The translations under genes and the position numbers were made by a program. Shown here one piece after another: positions 53,901-64,000 of a stretch of 64,000 nt of DNA (position 1 is its first letter; each line of letters starts with the position of its first letter). The notes beneath the pieces were generated by a model. It was given only the letters and a program-made list of their open reading frames with translations, did no database searches and was not told the DNA's origin. The DNA comes from Eledone cirrhosa (taxonomy: Eukaryota), in NCBI GenBank assembly GCA_964016885.1, contig OZ024758.1, forward strand, positions 33,914,001 through 33,978,000, read 5' to 3'.

Positions 53901-55850
53901 AGCTGTCAGAAGTAACTCCACTGTTGGTGAGAATTCATTTAAGTTCATGGTATTAGCTGTCAGAAGTAACTCCACTGTTGGTGAGAATTCATTTAAGTTC
54001 ATGGTATTAGCTGTCAGAAGTAACTCCACTGTTGGTGAGAATTCATTTAAGTTCATGGTACTAGCTGTCAGAAGTAACTCCACTGTTGGTGAGAATTCAT
54101 TTAAGTTCATGGTATTAGTTTGTCAGAAGTAACTCCACTGTTGGTGAGAATTCATTTAAGTCATGGTATTAGTTGTCAGAAGTAACTCCAATGTTGGTGA
54201 GAATTCATTTAAGTTCATGGTACTAGCTGTCAGAAGTAACTCCACTGTTGGTGAGAATTCATTTAAGTTCGTGGTATTAGCTGTCAGAAGTAACTCCACT
54301 GTTGGTGAGAATTCATTTAAGTCATGGTATTAGCTGTCAGAAGTAACTCCATTGTTGGTGAGAATTCATTTAAGTCATGGTACTAGCTGTCAGAAGTAAC
54401 TCCACTGTTGGTGAGAATTCATTTAAGTTCATGGTACTAGCTGTCAGAAGTAACTCCACTGTTGGTGAGAATTCATTTAAGTTCATGGTACTAGCTGTCA
54501 GAAATAACTCCACTGTTGGTGAGAATTCATTTAAGTTCATGGTACTAGCTGTCAGAAGTAAATCCACTGTTGGTGAGAATTCATTTAAGTTCATGGTATT
54601 AGCTGTCAGAAGTCACTCCAATGTTGGTGAGAATTCATTTAAGTTCATGGTATTAGCTGTCAGAAGTCACTCCACTGTTGGTGAGAATTCATTTTAGTTC
54701 ATGGTACTAGCTGTCAGAAGTAACCCCAATGTTGGTGAGAATTCATTTAAGTTCATGGTATTAGCTGTCAGAAGTCACTCCAATGTTGGTTAGAATTCAT
54801 TTAAGTTCATGGTATTAGCTGTCAGAAGTAACTCCACTGTTGGTGAGAATTCATTTAAGTTCATGGTATTAGCTGTCAGAAGTAACTCCACTGTTGGTGA
54901 GAATTCATTTAAGTTCATGGTATTAGCTGTCAGAAGTAACTCCACTGTTGGTGAGAATTCATTTAAGTTCATGGTATTAGCTGTCAGAAGGAACTCCAAT
55001 GTTGGTGAGAATTCATTTAAGTCATGGTACTAGCTGTCAGAAGTAACTCCACTGTTGGTGAGAATTCATTTAAGTTCATGGTATTAGCTGTCAGAAGGAA
55101 CGCCACTGTTGGTGAGAATTCATTTAAGTTCATGGTATTAGCTGTCAGAAGTAACTCCACTGTTGGTGAGAATTCATTTAAGTTCATTTTACTAGCTGTC
55201 AGAAGTAACTCCAATGTTGGTGAGAATTCATTTAAGTTCATGGTATTAGCTGTCAGAAGGAACTCCACTGTTGGTGAGAATTCATTTAAGTTCATGGTAT
55301 TAGCTGTCAGAAGTAACTCCACTGTTGGTGAGAATTCATTTAAGTTCATGGTACTAGTTGTCAGAAGTAACTCCACTGTTGGTGAGAATTCATTTAAGTT
55401 CATGGTATTAGTTGTCAGAAGTAACTCCACTGTTGGTGAGAATTCATTTAAGTCATGGTATTAGTTGTCAGAAGTAACTCCAATGTTGGTGAGAATTCAT
55501 TTAAGTTCATGGTACTAGCTCTCAGAAGTAACTCCACTGTTGGTGAGAATTCATTTAAGTTCATGGTATTAGCTGTCAGAAGTAACTCCACTGTTGGTGA
55601 GAATTCATTTAAGTCATGGTATTAGCTGTCAGAAGTAACTCCATTGTTGGTGAGAATTCATTTAAGTCATGGTACTAGCTGTCAGAAGTAACTCCACTGT
55701 TGGTGAGAATTCATTTAAGTTCATGGTATTAGCTGTCAGAAGGAACTCCACTGTTGGTGAGAATTCATTTAAGTTCATGGTACTAGCTGTCAGAAGTAAC
55801 TCCACTGTTGGTGAGAATTCATTTAAGTTCATGGTATTAGTTTGTCAGAA
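48000..55850. repeat. Four related copies of a variable higher-order unit (successive offsets 2854, 1616, 1454)
   Basis: The diagnostic adjacent pair CAGAAATAAC + GTAAATCC occurs in ORFs starting at 48453, 51307, 52923 and 54377. Copies 1 and 4 (offset 5924) also share AGCTCTCAG at ~49595 and ~55519. Confidence 0.87.
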
Positions 55851-58799
55851 GTAACTCCACTGTTGGTGTGAATTCATTTAAGTTCATGGTATTAGCTGTC
55901 AGAAGTAACTCCACTGTTGGTGAGAATTCATTTAAGTCATGGTATTAGCTGTCAGAAGTAACTCCATTGTTGGTGAGAATTCATTTAAGTCATGGTACTA
56001 GCTGTCAGAAGTAACTCCACTGTTGGTGAGAAATCATTTAAGTTCATGGTACTAGCTGTAAGAAGTAACTGCACTGTTGGTGAGAATTCATTTAAGTTCA
56101 TGGTACTAGCTGTCAGAAGTAACTCCACTGTTGGTGAGAATTCATTTAAGTTCATGGTATTAGCTGTCAGAAGTCACTCCACTGTTGGTGAGAATTCATT
56201 TAAGTTCATGGTACTAGCTGTCAGAAGTAACCCCAATGTTGGTGAGAATTCATTTAAGTTCATGGTATTAGCTGTCAGAAGTCACTCCAATGTTGGTGAG
56301 AATTCATTTAAGTTCATGGTATTAGCTGTCAGAAGTAACTCCACTGTTGGTGAGAATTCATTTAAGTTCATGGTATTAGCTGTCAGAAGTAACTCCACTG
56401 ATGGTGAGAATTCATTTAAGTTCATGGTATTAGCTGTCAGAAGGAACTCCAATGTTGGTGAGAATTCATTTAAGTCATGGTACTAGCTGTCAGAAGTAAC
56501 TCCACTGTTGGTGAGAATTCATTTAAGTTCATGGTATTAGCTGTCAGAAGGAACGCCACTGTTGGTGAGAATTCATTTAAGTTCATGGTATTAGCTGTCA
56601 GAAGTAACTCCACTGTTGGTGAGAATTCATTTAAGTTCATGGTACTAGTTGTCAGAAGTAACTCCACTGTTGGTGAGAATTCATTTAAGTTCATGGTATT
56701 AGTTGTCAGAAGTAACTCCACTGTTGGTGAGAATTCATTTAAGTTCATGGTATTAGTTGTCAGAAGTCACTCCAATGTTGGTGAGAATTCATTTAAGTTC
56801 ATGGTACTAGCTTTCAGAAGTAACTCCACTGTTGGTGAGAATTCATTTAAGTTCATGGTATTAGCTGTCAGAAGTAACTCCACTGTTGGTGAGAATTCAT
56901 TTAAGTCATGGTATTAGCTGTCAGAAGTAACTCCATTGTTGGTGAGAATTCATTTAAATCATGGTACTAGCTGTCAGAAGTAACTCCACTGTTGGTGTGA
57001 ATTCATTTAAGTTCATGGTATTAGCTGACAGAAGGAACTCCACTGTTGGTGAGAATTCATTTAAGTTCATAGTACTAGCTGTCAGAAGTAACTCCACTGT
57101 TGGTGAGAATTCATTCAAGTTCATGGTATTACTTTGTCAGAAGTAACTCCACTGTTGGTGAGAATTCATTTAAGTCATGGTATTAGTTGTCAGAAGTAAC
57201 TCCAATGTTGGTGAGAATTCATTTAAGTCATGGTACTAGCTGTCAGAAGTAACTCCAATGTTGGTGAGAATTCATTTAAGTTCATGGTATTAGCTGTCAG
57301 AAGGAACTCCACTGTTGGTGAGAATTCATTTAAGTTCATGGTATTAGCTGTCAGAAGTAACTCCACTGTTGGTGAGAATTCATTTAAGTCATGGTATTAG
57401 CTGTCAGACGTAACTCCAATGTTGGTGAGAATTCATTTAAGTTCATGGTATTAGCTGTCAGAAGTAACTCCACTGTTGGTGAGAATTCATTTAAGTTCAT
57501 GGTATAAGCTGTCAGAAGTAACTCCAATGTTGGTGAGAATTCATTTATGTCATGGTATTAGTTGTCAGTAGTAACTCCAATGTTGGTGAGAATTCATTTA
57601 AGTTCATGGTACTAGCTGTCAGAAGTAACTCCACTGTTGGTGAGAATTCATTTAAGTTCATGGTATTAGCTGTCAGAAGTAACTCCACTGTTGGTGAGAA
57701 TTCATTTAAGTCATGGTATTAGCTGTCAGAAGTAACTCCATTGTTGGTGAGAATTCATTTAAGTCATGGTACTAGCTGTCAGAATAACTCCACTGTTGGT
57801 GAGAATTCATTTAAGTTCATGGTATTAGCTGTCAGAAGGAACTCCACTGTTGGTGAGAATTCATTTAAGTTCATGGTACTAGCTGTCAGAAGTAACTCCA
57901 CTGTTGGTGAGAATTCATTTAAGTTCATGGTATTAGTTTGTCAGAAGTAACTCCACTGTTGGTGAGAATTCATTTAATTCATGGTATTAGTTGTCAGAAG
58001 TAACTCCAATGTTGGTGAGAATTCATTTAAGTCATGGTACTAGCTGTCAGAAGTAACTCCAATGTTGGTGAGAATTCATTTAAGTTCATGGTATTAGCTG
58101 TCAGAAGGAACTCCACTGTTGGTGAGAATTCATTTAAGTTCATGGTATTAGCTGTCAGAAGTAACTCCACCGTTGGTGAGAATTCATTTAAGTTCATGGT
58201 ACTAGCTGTCAGAAGTAACTCCAATGTTGGTGAGAATTCATTTAAGTTCATGGTATTAGCTGTCAGAAGTAACTCCACTGTTGGTGAGAATTCATTTAAG
58301 TCATGGTATTAGCTGTCAGAAGTAACTCCAATGTTGGTGAGAATTCATTTAAGTTCATGGTATTAGCTGTCAGAAGTAACTCCACTGTTGGTGAGAATTC
58401 ATTTAAGTTCATGGTATTAGCTGTCAGAAGTAACTCCACTGTTGGTGAGAATTCATTTAAGGCATGGTATTAGTTGTCAGAAGTAACTCCAATGTTGGTG
58501 AGAATTCATTTAAGTTCATGGTACTAGCTGTCAGAAGTAACTCCACTGTTGGTGAGAATTCATTTAAGTCATGGTACTAGCTGTCAGAAGTAACTCCATT
58601 GTTGGTGAGAATTCATTTAAGTCATGGTACTAGCTGTCAGAAGTAACTCCACTGTTGGTGAGAATTCATTTTAGTTCATGGTACTAGCTGTCAGAAGTAA
58701 CTCCACTGTTGGTGTGAATTCATTTAAGTTCATGGTATTAGCTGACAGAAGGAACTCCACTGTTGGTGAGAATTCATTTAAGTTCATGGTACTAGCTGT

Positions 58800-61700
58800 C
58801 AGAAGTAACTCCACTGTTGGTGAGAATTCATTTAAGTTCATGGTACTAGCTGTCAGAAGTAACTCCACTGTTGGTGAGAATTCATTTAAGTTCATGGTAC
58901 TAGCTGTCAGAAGTAACTCCACTGTTGGTGTGAATTCATTTAAGTTCATGGTATTAGCTGACAGAAGGAACTCCACTGTTGGTGAGAATTCATTTAAGTT
59001 CATGGTACTAGCTGTCAGAAGTAACTCCACTGTTGGTGAGAATTCATTTAAGTTCATGGTATTACTTTGTCAGAAGTAACTCCACTGTTGGTGAGAATTC
59101 ATTTAAGTCATGGTATTAGTTGTCAGAAGTAACTCCAATGTTGGTGAGAATTCATTTAAGTCATGGTACTAGCTGTCAGAAGTAACTCCACTGTTGGTGA
59201 GAATTCATTTAACTTCATGGTACTAGCTGTCAGAAGTAACTCCACTGTTGGTGAGAATTCATTTAAGTTCATGGTATTAGCTGTCAGAAGTAACTCCACT
59301 GTTGGTGAGAATTCATTTAAGTCATGGTATTAGCTGTCAGAAGTAACTCCATTGTTGGTGAGAATTCATTTAAGTCATGGTACTAGCTGTCAGAAGTAAC
59401 TCCACTGTTGGTGAGAATTCATTTAAGTTCATGGTATTAGCTGTCAGAAGGAACTCCACTGTTGGTGAGAATTCATTTAACTTCATGGTACTAGCTGTCA
59501 GAAGTAACTCCACTGTTGGTGAGAATTCATTTAAGTTCATGGTATTAGTTTGTCAGAAGTAACTCCACTGTTGGTGAGAATTCATTTAAGTCATGGTATT
59601 AGTTGTCAGAAGTAACTCCAATGTTGGTGAGAATTCATTTAAGTCATGGTACTAGCTGTCAGAAGTAACTCCAATGTTGGTGAGAATTCATTTAAGTTCA
59701 TGGTATTAGCTGTCAGAAGGAACTCCACTGTTGGTGAGAATTCATTTAAGTTCATGGTATTAGCTGTCAGAAGTAACTCCACTGTTGGTGAGAATTCATT
59801 TAAGTTCATGGTACTAGCTGTCAGAAGTAACTCCACTGTTGGTGAGAATTCATTTAAGTCATGGTATTAGCTGTCAGAAGTAACTCCAATGTTGGTGAGA
59901 ATTCATTTAAGTTCATGGTATTAGCTGTCAGAAGTAACTCCACTGTTGGTGAGAATTCATTTAAGTTCATGGTATTAGCTGTCAGAAGTGAATCCAATGT
60001 TGGTGAGAATTCATTTATGTCATGGTATTAGTTGTCAGAAGTAACTCCAATGTTGGTGAGAATTCATTTAAGTTCATGGTACTAGCTGTCAGAAGTAACT
60101 CCACTGTTGGTGAGAATTCATTTAAGTTCATGGTATTAGCTGTCAGAAGTAACTCCACTGTTGGTGAGAATTCATTTAAGTTATGGTATTAGCTGTCAGA
60201 AGTAACTCCATTGTTGGTGAGAATTCATTTAAGTCATGGTACTAGCTGTCAGAAGTAACTCCACTGTTGGTGAGAATTCATTTAAGTTCATGGTATTAGT
60301 TGTCAGAAGGAACTCCACTGTTGGTGAGAATTCATTTAAGTTCATGGTACTAGCTGTCAGAAGTAACTCCACTGTTGGTGAGAATTCATTTAAGTTCATG
60401 GTATTAGTTTGTCAGAAGTAACTCCACTGTTGGTGAGAATTCATTTACGTTCATGGTATTAGCTGTCAGAAGTAACTCCACTGTTGGTGAGAATTCATTT
60501 AAGTTCATGGTATTAGCTGTCAGAAGTAACTCCACTGTTGGTGAGAATTCATTTAAGTTCATGGTATTAGCTGTCAGAAGGAACTCCAATGTTGGTGAGA
60601 ATTCATTTAAGTCATGGTACTAGCTGTCAGAAGTAACTCCACTGTTGGTGAGAATTCATTTAAGTTCATGGTATTAGCTGTCAGAAGGAACGCCACTGTT
60701 TGTGAGAATTCATTTAAGTTCATGGTATTAGCTGTCAGAAGTAACTCCACTGTTGGTGAGAATTCATTTAAGTTCATGGTACTAGCTGTCAGAAGTAACT
60801 CCAATGTTGGTGAGAATTCATTTAAGTTCATGGTACTAGCTGTCAGAAGTAACTCCACTGTTGGTGAGAATTCATTTAAGTTCATGGTACTAGCTGTCAG
60901 AAGTAACTCCACTGTTGGTGAGAATTCATTTAAGTTCATGGTACTAGCTGTCAGAAGTAACTCCACTGTTGGTGTGAATTCATTTAAGTTCATGGTATTA
61001 GCTGACAGAAGGAACTCCACTGTTGGTGAGAATTCATTTAAGTTCATGGTACTAGCTGTCAGAAGTAACTCCACTGTTGGTGAGAATTCATTTAAGTTCA
61101 TGGTATTACTTTGTCAGAAGTAACTCCACTGTTGGTGAGAATTCATTTAAGTCATGGTATTAGTTGTCAGAAGTAACTCCAATGTTGGTGAGAATTCATT
61201 TAAGTCATGGTACTAGCTGTCAGAAGTAACTCCACTGTTGGTGAGAATTCATTTAACTTCATGGTACTAGCTGTCAGAAGTAACTCCACTGTTGGTGAGA
61301 ATTCATTTAAGTTCATGGTATTAGCTGTCAGAAGTAACTCCACTGTTGGTGAGAATTCATTTAAGTCATGGTATTAGCTGTCAGAAGTAACTCCATTGTT
61401 GGTGAGAATTCATTTAAGTCATGGTACTAGCTGTCAGAAGTAACTCCACTGTTGGTGAGAATTCATTTAAGTTCATGGTATTAGCTGTCAGAAGGAACTC
61501 CACTGTTGGTGAGAATTCATTTAACTTCATGGTACTAGCTGTCAGAAGTAACTCCACTGTTGGTGAGAATTCATTTAAGTTCATGGTATTAGTTTGTCAG
61601 AAGTAACTCCACTGTTGGTGAGAATTCATTTAAGTCATGGTATTAGTTGTCAGAAGTAACTCCAATGTTGGTGAGAATTCATTTAAGTCATGGTACTAGC

Positions 61701-62850
61701 TGTCAGAAGTAACTCCAATGTTGGTGAGAATTCATTTAAGTTCATGGTATTAGCTGTCAGAAGGAACTCCACTGTTGGTGAGAATTCATTTAAGTTCATG
61801 GTATTAGCTGTCAGAAGTAACTCCACTGTTGGTGAGAATTCATTTAAGTTCATGGTACTAGCTGTCAGAAGTAACTCCACTGTTGGTGAGAATTCATTTA
61901 AGTCATGGTATTAGCTGTCAGAAGTAACTCCAATGTTGGTGAGAATTCATTTAAGTTCATGGTATTAGCTGTCAGAAGTAACTCCACTGTTGGTGAGAAT
62001 TCATTTAAGTTCATGGTATTAGCTGTCAGAAGTGAATCCAATGTTGGTGAGAATTCATTTATGTCATGGTATTAGTTGTCAGAAGTAACTCCAATGTTGG
62101 TGAGAATTCATTTAAGTTCATGGTACTAGCTGTCAGAAGTAACTCCACTGTTGGTGAGAATTCATTTAAGTTCATGGTATTAGCTGTCAGAAGTAACTCC
62201 ACTGTTGGTGAGAATTCATTTAAGTTATGGTATTAGCTGTCAGAAGTAACTCCATTGTTGGTGAGAATTCATTTAAGTCATGGTACTAGCTGTCAGAAGT
62301 AACTCCACTGTTGGTGAGAATTCATTTAAGTTCATGGTATTAGTTGTCAGAAGGAACTCCACTGTTGGTGAGAATTCATTTAAGTTCATGGTACTAGCTG
62401 TCAGAAGTAACTCCACTGTTGGTGAGAATTCATTTAAGTTCATGGTATTAGTTTGTCAGAAGTAACTCCACTGTTGGTGAGAATTCATTTACGTTCATGG
62501 TATTAGCTGTCAGAAGTAACTCCACTGTTGGTGAGAATTCATTTAAGTTCATGGTATTAGCTGTCAGAAGTAACTCCACTGTTGGTGAGAATTCATTTAA
62601 GTTCATGGTATTAGCTGTCAGAAGGAACTCCAATGTTGGTGAGAATTCATTTAAGTCATGGTACTAGCTGTCAGAAGTAACTCCACTGTTGGTGAGAATT
62701 CATTTAAGTTCATGGTATTAGCTGTCAGAAGGAACGCCACTGTTTGTGAGAATTCATTTAAGTTCATGGTATTAGCTGTCAGAAGTAACTCCACTGTTGG
62801 TGAGAATTCATTTAAGTTCATGGTACTAGCTGTCAGAAGTAACTCCAATG
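58800..62850. repeat. Near-perfect tandem duplication of a 38-monomer block (2044-bp offset)
   Basis: ORF pairs 59377/61421, 59646/61690, 60236/62280 and 60614/62658. Private variants TTAACTTC, AAGTGAATCC, AAGTTATGG, TTTACGTTC and GTTTGTGAG each recur 2044 bp apart. Confidence 0.92.
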
Positions 62851-64000
62851 TTGGTGAGAATTCATTTAAGTTCATGGTATTAGCTGTCAGAAGGAACTCC
62901 ACTGTTGGTGAGAATTCATTTAAGTTCATGGTATTAGCTGTCAGAAGTAACTCCACTGTTGGTGAGAATTCATTTAAGTTCATGGTACTAGTTGTCAGAA
63001 GTAACTCCACTGTTGGTGAGAATTCATTTAAGTTCATGGTATTAGTTGTCAGAAGTAACTCCACTGTTGGTGAGAATTCATTTAAGTTCATGGTATTAGT
63101 TGTCAGAAGTAACTCCACTGTTGGTGAGAATTCATTTAAGTCATGGTATTAGTTGTCAGAAGTCACTCCAATGTTGGTGAGAATTCATTTAAGTTCATGG
63201 TACTAGCTTTCAGAAGTAACTCCACTGTTGGTGAGAATTCATTTAAGTTCATGGTATTAGCTGTCAGAAGTAACTCCACTGTTGGTGAGAATTCATTGAA
63301 GTCATGGTATTAGCTGTCAGAAGTAACTGCATTGTTGGTGAGAATTCATTTAAATCATGGTACTAGCTGTCAGAAGTAACTCCACTGTTGGTGTGAATTC
63401 ATTTAAGTTCATGGTATTAGCTGACAGAAGGAACTCCACTGTTGGTGAGAATTCATTAAGTTCATGGTACTAGATGTCAGAAGTAACTCCACTGTTGGTA
63501 AGAATTCATTTTAGTTCATGGTATTAGTTGTCAGAAGTAACTCCACTGTTGGTGAGAATTCATTTAAGTCATGGTACTAGCTGTCAGAAGTAACTCCACT
63601 GTTGGTGAGAATTCATTTAAGTTCATGGTATTAGCTGTCAGAAGGAACTCCACTGTTGGTGAGAATTCATTTAAGTTCATGGTACTAGCTGTCAGAAGTA
63701 ACTCCACTGTTGGTGAGAATTCATTTAAGTTCATGGTATTAGTTTGTCAGAAGTAACTCCACTGTTGGTGAGAATTCATTTAATTCATGGTATTAGTTGT
63801 CAGAAGTAACTCCAATGTTGGTGAGAATTCATTTAAGTCATGGTACTAGCTGTCAGAAGTAACTCCAATGTTGGTGAGAATTCATTTAAGTTCATGGTAT
63901 TAGCTGTCAGAAGGAACTCCACTGTTGGTGAGAATTCATTTAAGTTCATGGTATTAGCTGTCAGAAGTAACTCCACCGTTGGTGAGAATTCATTTAAGTT

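Larger units (their letters stand above)
1..64000. repeat. Satellite DNA array, 54-bp EcoRI-containing monomer, ~1,190 head-to-tail copies, truncated by both window ends
   Basis: GAATTC recurs every 53-55 bp from position 47 to the end. The consensus GAATTCATTTAAGTTCATGGTAYTAGCTGTCAGAAGTAACTCCAHTGTTGGTGA is readable on every line. The ORF track consists only of the 18-aa unit MVLAVRSNSTVGENSFKF and its antisense equivalent. No non-repeat sequence or inversion was seen. Confidence 0.99.

Noticed and set aside
9-63756. All ORFs in the six-frame track as protein-coding genes
   Set aside because: They are translations of the 54-bp monomer on both strands. Their ends are set by recurrent 1-bp indels, and there is no unique domain, signal peptide or flanking gene context.
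1-64000. CRISPR array (regular 53-55-bp period)
   Set aside because: There are no unique spacers. The entire unit is repeated, and no cas genes or leader are present.
1-64000. Synthetic concatemer or rolling-circle/sequencing artefact (EcoRI site in each unit)
   Set aside because: Hierarchically shared variants, nested duplications and stepwise mutation series indicate natural evolution. Individual near-perfect duplications could still be misassemblies.
1-64000. Single regular higher-order repeat spanning the window
   Set aside because: Offsets between matching blocks vary widely (591 to 12328 bp) and no one period persists for more than about four copies.
1-64000. Antigenic-variation or diversity-generating cassette array
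   Set aside because: There is no expression locus, recombinase or reverse transcriptase. Variation is low and includes frequent frameshifts, as expected for non-coding satellite.

Overview
The whole 64 kb window is one uninterrupted, head-to-tail tandem array (satellite DNA) of a 54-bp monomer, about 1,190 copies, all in the same orientation. The array runs off both ends of the window. Consensus, read from the EcoRI site: GAATTCATTTAAGTTCATGGTA(T/C)TAGCTGTCAGAAGTAACTCCA(C/A/T)TGTTGGTGA (about 37% GC, no CpG). Most monomers differ from consensus at 0-3 positions. Recurrent 53-bp (AAGTCATGG) and 55-bp (TTAGTTTGTC) length variants occur. I see no genes, RNA genes, transposons, CRISPR spacers or unique sequence. 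Every ORF in the track is a translation of the monomer (54 = 18 codons, stop-free in one frame per strand) and is broken by monomer indels. The information lies in the order of monomer variants. That order shows a decayed ~39-monomer (~2.1 kb) higher-order period and nested recent block duplications (offsets 591, 593, 806, 861, 1720, 2044, 2101, 4839, 5706, 5924, 7490/8998 and 12328 bp). It also shows sub-family domains and a match between 2.8-4.5 kb and 46.8-48.5 kb. This architecture is typical of eukaryotic centromeric or heterochromatic satellite. Neither the organism nor the function can be established from this sequence, and I found no supportable novel gene system. Offsets were derived by hand from diagnostic variants and ORF-track coordinates, so block boundaries are approximate.
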